Positions 16,865 to 27,075 of a DNA stretch of 64,000 nt are shown here, piece by piece; position 1 is the first letter of the stretch; every line of letters starts with the position of its first letter. The DNA is from an uncultured Candidatus Rokubacteria bacterium (GTDB taxonomy: Bacteria > Methylomirabilota > Methylomirabilia > Rokubacteriales > DASRDR01), in NCBI GenBank assembly GCA_963826115.1, contig CAWGVS010000001.1:32001-96000 (forward strand). The letters run 5' to 3'. The position numbers and the translations under genes were made by a program. The notes below the pieces were generated by a model. The model ran no database searches. It saw nothing but the letters and a program-made list of their open reading frames with translations, and had not been told where the DNA came from.

Positions 16865-18112
16865 TCAGGCCGCCGTCCGGCGGCGGCGCGCCAGCCGGCG
16901 CTCGATGTCGTCCGCCAGGTCGGCGGCGTCCGCGCCGACGCCATCCAGGAAGCTCGAGTTGCGGCGGCGCATGAAGTAGAGCCCGAGCGCGTAGAGGCCC
17001 GGCTCCGGCGTGATGCCGCCGTCGTGCCGCAGCTCCCCGTCGCCATCCAGCACGGGCACGCGAAGCCACGGGTACTCGCGGCGGTAGCCGGTCGCCCAGA
17101 GCACGGTCCGGATGCCGGCCGTTCCCAGGTCGATCGCCGAGGGTGTCTCGGGCACCGGCACGCGCGGGGGCCGGCCGCTCTCCGGGAGGACCCCTCCGAG
17201 TCCCCGCGCCTCGATGAACCGGTCCACGCGGTCGAGGAGGTGGTGCATCTTCGTCTCGGCGTGCTCGACCGACGCGCCGAGGTCGCTCGCGAGCGACACC
17301 CGCCGCTCCGCGATGCCGACCACCCGGCCCACGACGCGCACGCCCTCCGCCTGGAGGACGCCGAGATCGAGGGCGTGATGGCCGTCGTCGCCGATGAGCT
17401 GGAGCGAGGGCTCCTCGCGCGAGGCCGCGATGTCCCAGACCTCGTCGGCCGACTCGGAGAGCACCCCCATCGCATCCAGCCACGCCATGATGTCGAGGCC
17501 CCGGTACTGCCGGGGCAGCCGGGTATGGCCGCCGACGGCCAGCGTCACCGGCCGGCCGGACCGCGCGATCTCCGACGCGAGCTGGATGCCCGTCGAGGAC
17601 GCGCCGACGACGAGCACCCCGCCCGCAGGGAGCGCGCCGGGATTGCGGTAGCCGGTCGGCACGACCTGGACGACGTCGGGCGTGAGCGAAGCGGCGACCG
17701 GCGGAATGTTCGCGACGTCGCAGTGCCCGGTGGCGATCACGACGGAGGCCGCATGCCACGCGCCGGCCGTGGTGTCCACCCGGAATCCCGGCCGCGCCCG
17801 CTCGACGGCGGTGACCGCGACGCCGGTGTGCACGGGCGCGGAGAACGAGCGCGCGTACGCCTCCAGGTAGTCGGTGACCTCGGTCCGCGCCATGAAGCCG
17901 TCCGGCTCGGGGCCGCGGTAGGCCCACCCCGGGAGCCGGCCCTGCCAGCGCGGCGTCAGGAGGTGGAGGGAGTCCCACCGCTCGCTGCGCCAGCGCTCGG
18001 CGACGCGCCCGCGCTCGAGGACCACGTGCTCGATGCCCCGGACCCCGAGGTGCCAGCTCATCGCCAGCCCGGCCTGTCCGCCGCCGATGATCACCACGTC
18101 CGTCTGCTTCAT
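16865..18112 (-). CDS. Flavin-containing monooxygenase-like (CzcO/Pyr_redox_3) oxidoreductase
   Basis: IIGGGQAG, WDSLHLLTP, IATG, VVGASSTG, WATGY. Confidence 0.85.
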   Translation of the reverse strand: MKQTDVVIIGGGQAGLAMSWHLGVRGIEHVVLERGRVAERWRSERWDSLHLLTPRWQGRLPGWAYRGPEPDGFMARTEVTDYLEAYARSFSAPVHTGVAVTAVERARPGFRVDTTAGAWHAASVVIATGHCDVANIPPVAASLTPDVVQVVPTGYRNPGALPAGGVLVVGASSTGIQLASEIARSGRPVTLAVGGHTRLPRQYRGLDIMAWLDAMGVLSESADEVWDIAASREEPSLQLIGDDGHHALDLGVLQAEGVRVVGRVVGIAERRVSLASDLGASVEHAETKMHHLLDRVDRFIEARGLGGVLPESGRPPRVPVPETPSAIDLGTAGIRTVLWATGYRREYPWLRVPVLDGDGELRHDGGITPEPGLYALGLYFMRRRNSSFLDGVGADAADLADDIERRLARRRRTAA

Positions 18113-18174
18113 CGCCAGATCTCCGCGCGCGGCGGTCCGGCCGGCCGATGCCGGCCGGACGCCGCAGTGGGAGC

Positions 18175-18756
18175 TCAGCCCGCGTTCACCGACACGGTGA
18201 CCGGGACGCCCTTGGTGAGCACGTCGTACACGGCGGAGCGCTTCCGGGACTGGTCGACGATCTTCTCGAGCACGGCGGGCGGCGCGTCGCCCTTGATCGT
18301 GAAGGACACCCGCAGCTGCTCGTAGCCGTTCCGCACCTCGTCGGACAGCCCGAGGATCCCGCGGAGGTCGATGTCGCCCTCGATGCGGGACTCCACCTCG
18401 TGGAGCGTCACGCCGCGCGCGGCCGCGATGTTGCCGATGCCGGCGGTGAGGCAGGCCGCGAGGGCGTGCAGCAGGAACTCGACCGGCGTCGGCGCCTGGT
18501 CGCGGCCGACCAGCACCTTCGGGTGGTCCGCGTCGTGGACGAACTCCTTCACGTGCATCTGCTCCGCGCCGGCGCCGCTGAACGACTGGATGCGGGTCCG
18601 GCTGTGGGTCCCCGACTGCCACTGGTTCGTGGCGCGGAACTGGAACTTCGCCAGCTCCGGCTGGGCGCCGACCGCCTCGATCGTCGTCAGGAGGGTCGGG
18701 GTGTCGATGCCGTTGCGGGGCGCGGGCTTCGGCTTCTGGGTCGTCGCGGTGGTCAT
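18175..18756 (-). CDS. OsmC family protein
   Basis: DADHP..G.D.APTPVEFLLHALAACL, EGDIDLRGILG, RSAVYD. Confidence 0.9.
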   Translation of the reverse strand: MTTATTQKPKPAPRNGIDTPTLLTTIEAVGAQPELAKFQFRATNQWQSGTHSRTRIQSFSGAGAEQMHVKEFVHDADHPKVLVGRDQAPTPVEFLLHALAACLTAGIGNIAAARGVTLHEVESRIEGDIDLRGILGLSDEVRNGYEQLRVSFTIKGDAPPAVLEKIVDQSRKRSAVYDVLTKGVPVTVSVNAG

Positions 18757-18802
18757 TGGTCTGTCTCCTCCGGTCGTTGGGGTTTGGGGTGGTGTCGCGG
18801 AA

Positions 18803-18994
18803 CTAGCCGCCGGGGCGGTGGGCGGTGGCCAGGGGTCGGGCCGGCACGCCCGGGCGCGAGGGCCGACGGGCGCCGACGGTCGGGGCCGGCTGGCGCGCCT
18901 CGCCCACGTGGTCGGCGACCCACGAGATGGCGCCGATCAGGAACAGGGCGACGTACCCGAGGGTCCGATCGGTGATCCTGGCCACGGTCTCCAT
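18803..18994 (-). CDS. Small hypothetical membrane protein (63 aa)
   Basis: Strong AGGAGG RBS before ATG 18994; hydrophobic LGYVALFLIGAISWVA segment; lies between the sigma54 promoter and osmC. Confidence 0.5.
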   Translation of the reverse strand: METVARITDRTLGYVALFLIGAISWVADHVGEARQPAPTVGARRPSRPGVPARPLATAHRPGG

Positions 18995-19051
18995 CGCTCT
19001 CCTCCTTGTCCCGGCGCCCTCTGTGGCTCCGGGCAACTGTCCGAGGTAAGG

Positions 19052-19067
19052 GCAACGGACGTGCCGA
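19052..19067 (-). promoter_or_regulatory. Sigma54 (-24/-12) promoter
   Basis: Minus strand TCGGCAC-GTCCG-TTGC matches GGCAC-N5-TTGC. Confidence 0.65.
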
Positions 19068-19084
19068 GTCAGTGACGCGTTAGA

Positions 19085-19097
19085 AATCAATTAGTTG
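19085..19097 (+). promoter_or_regulatory. IHF binding site
   Basis: AATCAATTAGTTG matches WATCAANNNNTTR, an AT-rich island in GC-rich DNA. Confidence 0.6.
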
Positions 19098-19101
19098 CGT
19101 G

Positions 19102-19146
19102 GTTCGACAGGGCTCGGGCGCTGTCGAACGGCCGCCGAATTCGACA
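19102..19146. promoter_or_regulatory. Putative enhancer (bEBP UAS) inverted repeats
   Basis: GTTCGACAG-N10-CTGTCGAAC plus a further TTCGACAG starting at 19140. Confidence 0.5.
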
Positions 19147-19319
19147 GTCTTCGACGGTGGGACTGGGTGTGGGTGGACGGAGGAGTGGGTGTGATCCCCG
19201 CCACCACGGACCGCGCCGGGTAGCGGCGCTCTCTCGCCCTACCTACGGCTCAGCGGCGTCCTTCGAGGTGGGGGTTGCCGTCCGCCTCCGATGGCCGGGC
19301 GGACGACGCGGCGTGGGGC

Positions 19320-20439
19320 CTAGTGCGCGGCTCGCCGGTGGGCGCCGAGGACGTCCATCCCGAAGTCGCCGACGGGGTCCCGCCACACGCTGTGCACGTG
19401 GTTGGCGCTCCGGGTGGTGTTGTCGTACTCGACGAGGAGTCGGTGCCCCTGGATGCGGTAGTAGTGCGGGCGGCGTGGGTCGAGACTGCCCGCCCACGCG
19501 AGGTGGAGGGCGTCGAGCGACGGCCCCGTCACCTTGGCCATCTCGCGCTCCGCGATCGCGTCCGGGAGCCGGCCGACATAGGTGCCGAGCAGCGCCGTCA
19601 GGAGCTCGCGCTGGGGCGCGGTCATCGCCGACGCGGGGAGCCCCTTCGGCGCCGTCGTGAAGCGGAGCGCGTCCACGTGCGCGGCGGTCAGGCCGACCTT
19701 GGTCTCCTCGGTGTCCTGGAACCGCTCGAGGTTGTCGAGGAGCTCGCCGGTCCACTCGTTGCGCCAGACGCGCGCCAGGCGAAGCGGCCCGTCGCCCTCG
19801 GCGAGCCGGGTCCGATTCGCCCCGACCAGGTCGATCGGGGGCACCGGCGAGAGCACCGCCCGGTCGCGCTGGACGTCCGACAGGGAGCGCAGGAGCTCGA
19901 ACGCCAGGTCGGTGCACGCGGCGAGCGGCCGGAGGAGCTCGCGGCCCGAGGAGCGGGGACACCGCGGGATCGGCGCCCAGGAAGCACGGCGTATGAGCGC
20001 GCAGCTCGCCGTCCACGATCGTGTGGTGCACCGAGACGTGGTGGCCCCCGAAGCGCCAGGACCACGCGGGCGCGCCGGGCGCGCCGAAGATCCGGAGGTA
20101 GTAGCGCCCCGGATCGCGGCCGCGCGCGTGGCCGAACGAGGCGCGCCAGCCCTCGAGCTCGTCGAGGACGTTCTCGAGCCCCATGATCGTCGAGGCCGTC
20201 ACGTAGCCGGCCCGGCTCAGCCCCGTCGCCAGAAGCCGCATGGCGAGCTGCTGCTGGGCCGGACGCATGGCGCCGAGCGTGAGTCCGCCGTGGTCGGTCG
20301 GCGTGTAGAACCAGCGGAGCCGCTCCTCGTCCGACGGAAACGGCCAGCACGCCGCCGGCCGCTGATCGTCCGACAGGGAGTCGACCAGCCGCCCGGCGGA
20401 CTCGGCCATCCGGGCGGCGAGGTCCCGTGGATCGCTCAC
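19320..20439 (-). pseudogene. DUF3500-like protein, frameshifted near 19940
   Basis: WFYTP..GL..FGGHHVS..FLGADP in one frame; LRPL..FAW-like LAWAG..HYYRIQG..EYDNT..NHVHSVWRD..DFG in another. Confidence 0.7.
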
Positions 20440-21608
20440 CGGCCCGGTCCTCGCAGGCCGAAGATCAGCTCGGGATCCCCGGGCGCCCAGGTGCCGTCCA
20501 CCTGCGAGCGGCGCCCGATCCGGCGCGTCCGCTCGAGCAGCTGGGCCCCGAGCGCGACCTGCTCGGCCTCCCACCGGGCGAGCGCCGACGGCACGTCACG
20601 GTCGCGCCCGAGCGCCGCCGCGAGGGCCCACGCGTCCGCGGCAGCCTTCGCGGTGCCCGCCGCGGCGTGCGGCCTGACGACGAACGCGGCGTCGCCCAGG
20701 AGACAGACGCGGCCGAAGGCCATGCGGGGCACCTCGATGTCGTAGATCACCTGGAGGAACGGCCGGTCGACGCTCTCGACGACCCGGGCGAGCGGCGCCG
20801 GCAGCCGGGCCCGCGCCACCGCGCGCATCTCCGCCACGTGCCGGGCGCGCACCCCGCCCGGCGGCACCGAGAGATCCCGTCGCTGGCCGGCGTCGTCCGT
20901 CAGGACGTCGTCGAGATCGCCGCCCTCGAGGTAGTTCCGATACCAGACGAAGTTCACCAGCCGCTCACCCGGCGCGACCGAGCCGTCGGGTCCCGGGATC
21001 GGGTACGCCAGGACGTGGCTGTTGGCGTAGACGTGATACGTGATGGCGTCGGCCAGGGCCGCGCGCGTCTCGGGGTCGAGGCTCGTCTCCGGCACCATGC
21101 CGCGCCACGCCACGTATCCCGCGTAGGCGGGCCGCACGGCAGGCAGGAGACGCGCCCGGGCGGTCGAGCCGACGCCGTCGGCGCACACCAGGAGGTCGAC
21201 CCGCGTGTCCGGCCGGCCGGCCAGGTGGACCGTCACGCCGCCGTCCCCCTCGGTCCACCCCGTCATCTCGTGGCCGAGGTGATAGCGCGACGGCGCGTAC
21301 CGCGCCTTGAGCTCCCGATACACCGTGTTCCACGAGCTGAACCGGTAGACGTGCGGCGCGTCGTGGATGCGCGCACCGCGACGGTCCAGGTAGCGGATGT
21401 GGGACGTGGCCACGCTGATGCGATCGAGGGGGACGCACGCCCGCTCGACGAGGTAGCGGGCGCTCTCCGGCAGGAACGCGATGCCCGCGCCGCGCTCCGC
21501 GAGCTCCGCGGGCGACCGCTCGTAGACATCGACCTCGACGCCCAGCTCGTGCAGCAGCAGCGCGGCGTGAAGCCCGCCGAGCGACCCCCCGACGACGGCG
21601 GCCCGCAT
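20436..21608 (-). CDS. FAD-dependent monooxygenase (2,6-dihydroxypyridine hydroxylase-like)
   Basis: VGGSLGGL, RGAGI, YAGYVAWRG, NFVWY, LGDAAFVVRPHAAAGTAKA. Confidence 0.9.
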   Translation of the reverse strand: MRAAVVGGSLGGLHAALLLHELGVEVDVYERSPAELAERGAGIAFLPESARYLVERACVPLDRISVATSHIRYLDRRGARIHDAPHVYRFSSWNTVYRELKARYAPSRYHLGHEMTGWTEGDGGVTVHLAGRPDTRVDLLVCADGVGSTARARLLPAVRPAYAGYVAWRGMVPETSLDPETRAALADAITYHVYANSHVLAYPIPGPDGSVAPGERLVNFVWYRNYLEGGDLDDVLTDDAGQRRDLSVPPGGVRARHVAEMRAVARARLPAPLARVVESVDRPFLQVIYDIEVPRMAFGRVCLLGDAAFVVRPHAAAGTAKAAADAWALAAALGRDRDVPSALARWEAEQVALGAQLLERTRRIGRRSQVDGTWAPGDPELIFGLRGPGR

Positions 21609-21620
21609 GTGGCCGGGCGG

Positions 21621-22142
21621 TCAGGGCTTGCCGAACGTCGCCACCTTGTCCACCGCGCACTCGAAGAGCACCCGGCGCTCGTTCCGGGAGGGGTCCCGCA
21701 GCCCGTACGGCGGGGGCTGCTTCGTGTACTTGGTCCAGATCTTGTCGACCTGCGCGGTGACGCGCGCCCCCTCGCGCGGGTCGTCCTCGGACACCTCGCG
21801 CCGGACCGTGCACTTGATGCTGACCCAGTGATAGGGGTTCGCCGGGTTCATCAGGAGGACGGTCAGCCGGGGATTGGCCCGGATCCACTGGACCTTCTTC
21901 CGGTGCGAGGCGATGTTCACGAGCACGGTCGACCCGGAGTAGTCGAACCACATGGGGGTCAGGTTCGGGCGCCCGTCCGTCCCCTGCACCGCGAACACCG
22001 CGGTTACCGGCTCGTCGAGCAGCCGCTTGTAGATCGGATCGAGCTCGTCGAGCGACGTGATCCGGTCGTGCGATCCGACCGAGAACTGGTTCGCCTGGAG
22101 CCCGTTCGCCACGTCGAGGAACCGCGCCACCTGGATCGCCAT
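21621..22142 (-). CDS. Pyridoxamine 5'-phosphate oxidase-like (PPOX/split-barrel) protein
   Basis: DGRPNLTPMWF..RKKVQWIRANPR..NPYHWVSI. Confidence 0.8.
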   Translation of the reverse strand: MAIQVARFLDVANGLQANQFSVGSHDRITSLDELDPIYKRLLDEPVTAVFAVQGTDGRPNLTPMWFDYSGSTVLVNIASHRKKVQWIRANPRLTVLLMNPANPYHWVSIKCTVRREVSEDDPREGARVTAQVDKIWTKYTKQPPPYGLRDPSRNERRVLFECAVDKVATFGKP

Positions 22143-22432
22143 GCGATTGTCCTCCGATGGGATCGTGAGACCCGGCCCGTCAGGGGCCCGCCGGCGTGGG
22201 CCGCCGCTTCCGCCGCGAGTCTCCCGACGATAGCACGACGCCGGAGACGCCGACCACCCTCGCGGCCCACCGCCGCGGGCGCGGCCGTCGACCGCGAGAT
22301 CCGGTGCCGGCCCAGCTTCGACGATATTGGGCGCGCCGAGCCTCAGCGGGTTATGCCGTCGCCGTACCGCAAACCACGCCTTCGCATCACGCGCGGACAG
22401 CGTGAGCTCCAGTCCTCGGTGCCGATCGTAGA

Positions 22433-22831
22433 TTGCTTGTCGCCCCACTTCGCCTGCGCGTACGGACCGTCGAAGCGGTTCTCGTACAGGTCCGGCCCAT
22501 CCAGGCGGAGGTCGCCCGCCACGCCGATCCGCATCTCAGCCGCGCCGTCTACGAGTGGCGTGACGCGTATGGCCTGGCTCTTCGGTCGAGGGACTGGGAG
22601 GCGATGGCGGCCGTCGGCGACGCCGCCGTGCGGGTCAGCGTCCTGATGGACGGGCCAGCGGGTCAGGCCACCGGCTTCCGGGCGGAGGCGCGGCGGGCCT
22701 ACATCCACGCGCTGCTCCGGGCTCGGCGCGAGCGATCGCGGGAAGGCGTCAACCGGATCGCCGACGGGTTCGCCACGCTGGGGGACGCCGAAATGGCCGC
22801 GCACGCCCGCACCCTCGGAACGACGCAGTGA
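22433..22831 (+). CDS. Hypothetical protein (start uncertain)
   Basis: Helical, protein-like C-terminal region (AVYEWRDAYGLALRSRDWEAM..AEARRAY). Confidence 0.45.
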   Translation: MLVAPLRLRVRTVEAVLVQVRPIQAEVARHADPHLSRAVYEWRDAYGLALRSRDWEAMAAVGDAAVRVSVLMDGPAGQATGFRAEARRAYIHALLRARRERSREGVNRIADGFATLGDAEMAAHARTLGTTQ

Positions 22832-22888
22832 TTCGCCCGCCCGCGCGGCGACCGCCGGCGGCCGCGGGGCGCGGGTGGCGCGGGTGCC

Positions 22889-23524
22889 TCAGCGGCCGGG
22901 AGCCGGCACCACGGCGGAGGTCGGTCCCGGACGGCCGGTCCAGTCCGCGAGCAGCCTGCGAATGACCAGCTGGATCAGGGCGAAGCCGAACTTCGGGTCC
23001 TGGTAGTAGAGCTGCACGACCTTGTCCTCCGTGAGGACGAGCGCCACGACGTCCGTCTCGCAGATCGCGCTGGCCGTTCGCTCGTGAGCCGGCGCGAAGA
23101 GGCCGATCTCGCCGATGATGGCGCCTGCCTCCTGGACGAGGACGTCGATCTCCGGCAGCCGGACCGACCCCCGGGCCAGGAGATAGAGGCAGGTTGCCCG
23201 GTCCCCCCGCCGGAAGAGAACCTGGCCCGCCTTGAAGGCGCGCCTCGTCAGGAAGGGAACCATGGGCTCGAAGGAAAACCCCCCGGCGGCGGCGTGCTTG
23301 ATGTCCCTGATCAGATGACGGAGCTCCTGCAGGCGCTTGACGTTGAGGGGCAGCAGGACCAGGTGGAGGACGAGCACCGGGTAAATTTCACCGAGAAATC
23401 CGTACGTGATGAACGCGACGTTGCTCGCGATGGCGCAGACCCGTAGAGGCAGCATGGTCTTCATGTAGAACGTGGAGAGCACGAGAATCGACGCGACATA
23501 GCCGACCACTTCGAGCCAGCTCAT
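22889..23524 (-). CDS. Membrane protein with cyclic-nucleotide-binding domain
   Basis: N-terminal TM hairpins (MKTMLPLR..SNVAFITYG), LFRRGD..GEIGLF..RTASA. Confidence 0.85.
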   Translation of the reverse strand: MSWLEVVGYVASILVLSTFYMKTMLPLRVCAIASNVAFITYGFLGEIYPVLVLHLVLLPLNVKRLQELRHLIRDIKHAAAGGFSFEPMVPFLTRRAFKAGQVLFRRGDRATCLYLLARGSVRLPEIDVLVQEAGAIIGEIGLFAPAHERTASAICETDVVALVLTEDKVVQLYYQDPKFGFALIQLVIRRLLADWTGRPGPTSAVVPAPGR

Positions 23525-23941
23525 GGGTTTGCCTCCCGTCGAGCGGGCCTTCCATGTGTACGGCGCGACACGTTGTCGCGAGCCCGCCCGCCTGCCCGAT
23601 CTGCCGGAGCAAGTCGGATGCCCGGCTCGGTCACGGCATGTGTCTGATTCGAAAGACTGGCCACTTTGCGCGCGTGGACTCCGGGCGCCTCACCACCACC
23701 ACACCACCACCGTCGGGATCCAGACCGGCGGCCGGGCTCCGGCGCCGCGTCCCGGACACCTCGCCCTCGTCGCCGGCACGCCGTCAGGTCTGCGACACGT
23801 GAGGAGCGGCGGTCCAAGGGGTGCTCGCCGGCCGTCGCGGGACCCCGGGCAGGGCGGCGGACGCCACGGCGCCGCGACGGGGACGTCGCCGAGCGACCGG
23901 CCCCGGGGTACGATACCCGCGCGGAACGCGATGGAGGCGCC

Positions 23942-24232
23942 ATGACCCGGATCGAATTCGAAGCGGACTGTCGTCGGGACGGCTACGAGGTGGGCGAGGG
24001 CGAGATCCAAGCGCACGTGCGCCGGCAGCCACACTCGCACGACTTCGACGCGCGCCTGTTCGTCGTGGACGGCGCCCTCACCCTCGTCCGCGGCGAGGAT
24101 CGCGTCACGTACGGACCGGGCGAGGTGTGCGCCGTTCCCGCCGGCACCGTGCACGCGGAGCACACGGAGGCGGACGGCGCGCGCCTCGTCTACGGGCGCC
24201 GCGCCGGCGCCCCCGCGCATCCGCCGCGCTGA
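23942..24232 (+). CDS. Cupin domain protein
   Basis: PHSHDFD..VVDG..VPAGTVHAE; GGAGG RBS. Confidence 0.85.
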   Translation: MTRIEFEADCRRDGYEVGEGEIQAHVRRQPHSHDFDARLFVVDGALTLVRGEDRVTYGPGEVCAVPAGTVHAEHTEADGARLVYGRRAGAPAHPPR

Positions 24233-24507
24233 CAGGATCGCGCCGCCGAGCCTACGGTCCCTTCGTCCCGCGGGCAGGAGCGCCGCGCGATCCGACTCGG
24301 ATTCCGTGCTCGTACGCGGCCAGAACGGCGGACGCCGCCGGGTCCCACGAGAGCTCGTGGGCCTTGCGGCGAGCCTGCTCGCCCATCCGACGCCACCCGG
24401 CTCCGATCGCGCCGGCCGGAGGAGCGCCTCGGCGAGCCGGTCGGGATCTCAGACCGGCATCAGGCCATTCTCGCCGTCCGTCACGACCTGACCGCCGCCC
24501 GGCCACG

Positions 24508-25302
24508 TCACTCCGGCGGCCAGGCCCTCGCCGCCGGGCCGGCGCGGGCGCGGGCGCGACCGAGGCGACGCAGCCGTAGGCCGGCGATCTGCCCGAGCGT
24601 CGGCCATTCGAAGTACGCCGGCGCGATGCCTCCATTGTGCGGGCAGGGTGCCGGATACCGCTTCTCGGCTTCGACGACCCGCGTGAGCCACGCCAACAAG
24701 CGTCCGCCTTCGCGCTTCTTCTCCACGAGGGCGTCATGCAGCGATCGACCGGTCAGCCGCACGACGCCCTGCGCGAGCACCGCGCCAGCGTCGACCTTGG
24801 GCTCCATCACGTGGATCGTGGCGCAGCCCCACTCCTCGCCGCAGTACATCTCCCAGAACGTCCCGAAGACGCCGCGGTAGCGCGGCAGGCGGCCGTTGTG
24901 CACGTTGATGGCTCCGAACGCCGCCGTGGCCAGGACCGGCGGCTTGAAGATCTCCGGCGAGCCCACCGATACCAGGAGATCCGGCCGGCTGGCGCGAAGC
25001 TCCGCCAGGCCGTCACCTTCGTTCAACGTCGACACGCGCTGGAACTGCCCGGCGCCCGGAAAGACACGGCTCGGCTGGGTCGACAGCGTCGCCCGGAGAC
25101 GTCGCCCGCCGGTCCAGGCCCGCGCCGAGGTGATGGGACCAAAGAGCAGCAGGGCCTCGAGGATCCGCCGCGCGACTCCGGGCTGCCGCCGAGAGGCGAT
25201 GAAGAAGACCGTGGCGGGCGCGGGCCCGCCGGCCGCATGATAGGCGCGCCAGAAGACGGCGGCCAGGGGATCATCGGCCGTCGTGGCGATCACGACTCGC
25301 AT
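24508..25302 (-). CDS. Formyltransferase family protein
   Basis: PDLLVS, INVHNGRLPRYRG, TIHVM..VDAG. Confidence 0.8.
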   Translation of the reverse strand: MRVVIATTADDPLAAVFWRAYHAAGGPAPATVFFIASRRQPGVARRILEALLLFGPITSARAWTGGRRLRATLSTQPSRVFPGAGQFQRVSTLNEGDGLAELRASRPDLLVSVGSPEIFKPPVLATAAFGAINVHNGRLPRYRGVFGTFWEMYCGEEWGCATIHVMEPKVDAGAVLAQGVVRLTGRSLHDALVEKKREGGRLLAWLTRVVEAEKRYPAPCPHNGGIAPAYFEWPTLGQIAGLRLRRLGRARARAGPAARAWPPE

Positions 25303-25559
25303 GTCGCGCGTCACCCTCCGCCGCGCGCGCCGGAGAGCCCGCGTCCGGCGCCATGCTGGACCGAATGCCGGAACGGCGCGCGCGTCTGGAGCGCGGCCGG
25401 CGGGGTCAGTCGAGGCGCCGCGCCGGCGTGCTGGACGCGACGCCCGTCCGCCGCGGGGGACCATGTCAGCATGGTGTCGAGCAGGAAACGATGCGAGGGT
25501 CGTCGCGTCAAGACCCCAGCCGAACATCCGAGAAGCTGCTTGGTCAAGATGGAGGGCTC

Positions 25560-25961
25560 ATGAAACGTGCATGGATGGCGGTAGGCGCCTCGCTTCTGGC
25601 GCTCGCGCTGAGTCTGGGCGCCGCGTCGGCCGACTGGAAGACGAAGGCGGCCAGGACGACGGTGGGCAACCTCGCCCGGGATGGCATCGAGCACGGGGCG
25701 AAGGACGCCGCGATGGACGCCGCGCTCGACGCGGCCGGCGTTCCGGATCCGCCGAAACTGGACCGCGACCGGCCCGCCGCGGCGCGGAATCGGGTCGACG
25801 ATGCCAGGGACGACCGAGATCGATCGGGAATCGGGTCGGCGGCCGGAGAAGGTCTCGGGGCAGCAATGACCGTGGCCGACGTGGGATCGAGCATCGAGAA
25901 CACGATGGCCCTGGCCGACGCCACCAAGAGAGCCAATAGGGTTCGCAAGGCCGTCAGATGA
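25560..25961 (+). CDS. Secreted hypothetical protein
   Basis: GGAGG RBS; signal peptide MKRAWMAVGASLLALALSLGAASA. Confidence 0.65.
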   Translation: MKRAWMAVGASLLALALSLGAASADWKTKAARTTVGNLARDGIEHGAKDAAMDAALDAAGVPDPPKLDRDRPAAARNRVDDARDDRDRSGIGSAAGEGLGAAMTVADVGSSIENTMALADATKRANRVRKAVR

Positions 25962-26398
25962 GAGGAGGCGGAATCGTGAGTAGTCGGGTGCACACGGACA
26001 CGTCGGGGAAGCTCGCGGCGGGCCTCTTGCTCGCCTGCGTCATGTCGGTCGCGGCCCACGCCCAGCCGGCAACTCAGCCGGCGAAGACCGCGCAGCAGAC
26101 GCCGCCCGCCAAGACGGCCGTCAAGTACAAGACCGAGGATGTTCTGCCGGTCACCTGCGCGCAGGCGCGGGTTCAGTCCGGCAAGGGCTATCCGGGCATG
26201 CTCGCGATCGTGCGGACGCTCGCCAAGGTCTCGCTGGGGAACCGGAACCTGACGTTCCCCAACACGCGCGAAGCGGGCATGGACGCCGGCAGGGGGATCG
26301 CCGAGGACTGCAAGGCCGACCCGAACGGGCTGCTGTTCGCCTTCGTCGACAAGCACGTTCGTCGCGTCGCCGAGGCAGCCGCTCGCTCGGGCCAGTAG
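25958..26398 (+). CDS. Secreted hypothetical protein, HdeA/HdeB-like Cys pattern
   Basis: Signal peptide ending AAHA; VTCAQA..EDCKADP. Confidence 0.6.
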   Translation: MRGGGIVSSRVHTDTSGKLAAGLLLACVMSVAAHAQPATQPAKTAQQTPPAKTAVKYKTEDVLPVTCAQARVQSGKGYPGMLAIVRTLAKVSLGNRNLTFPNTREAGMDAGRGIAEDCKADPNGLLFAFVDKHVRRVAEAAARSGQ

Positions 26399-26431
26399 CG
26401 GCCGTCGTCGCTTCCGAGGAGCCCGCGACCG

Positions 26432-26662
26432 CTAGAACACGAGCACGTAGACTCCGCCGTTGGCGTGGGACCATCCCGCGCCATCGAAGAGCTTGGTCAG
26501 AACCCCCACCTGACTTGGCGTCGCCCCCGCGAAGCTCACCCCGACATTGACGCCTCCGGTCTTGGCCGCCGTGTTGGGGTCGACCGGCGTGACCTGGAAG
26601 AAGCGCTGCCGCACGGGAAATCCGAACTCGATGGTGCGATCGCCCAAGCCATGAGTGGTCAC
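26432..26662 (-). pseudogene. Hypothetical protein fragment
   Basis: Protein-like C-terminal stretch without a convincing start; sits at the border of the accessory region. Confidence 0.3.
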
Positions 26663-27044
26663 GGTGACGCGGCACGGTGCAGTGTAGGCGTCAGGTCCTC
26701 GTCACGGCACTCGGGATCAACCTCCTGGGCGACGGTCTCCGAGACACTCTCGACCCGCGGCTCAAGGTCTAGCCTCCGGCCCGCTGCCCGGGCCGCGCGG
26801 TTCTGGCGAGCGGAACCGAGCTCCTCCAACCCCGCTTGTAAACGCCGGACGAGATCGCCCGGCTCGTCGACGCGGCCAATGACCGTCTCCGGGCCCGAGG
26901 TCCGGAGATCGCCGCCGAGCCGGAACGGGGGTGGACCACACTCCAGTAGGTCCGCCACCGCCCCCACGCGTCGCAGCGGCTCCGCACCGGGCAGTCCTGG
27001 CAATGCCAGCCGACGCGCGGCCGCACGCAGCCGCAACCAGCAAC

Positions 27045-27075
27045 AAAAACGGGGTTACAGCGTGCGCTGTAACCC
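27045..27075 (-). terminator. Intrinsic terminator-like hairpin downstream of tRNA-fMet-like remnant
   Basis: GGGTTACAGCG-TG-CGCTGTAACCC, followed on the minus strand by a T-run; GGTTGCGGGGG at ~27087. Confidence 0.55.

Noticed and set aside
20427-22646. 739-aa + strand ORF and many similar Arg/Pro/Gly-rich ORFs throughout
   Set aside because: Overlap well-supported genes on the opposite strand or frame; low-complexity translation
23655-23675. Second sigma54 promoter (TGGCCACTTTGC)
   Set aside because: GG-to-GC spacing does not fit the -24/-12 rule
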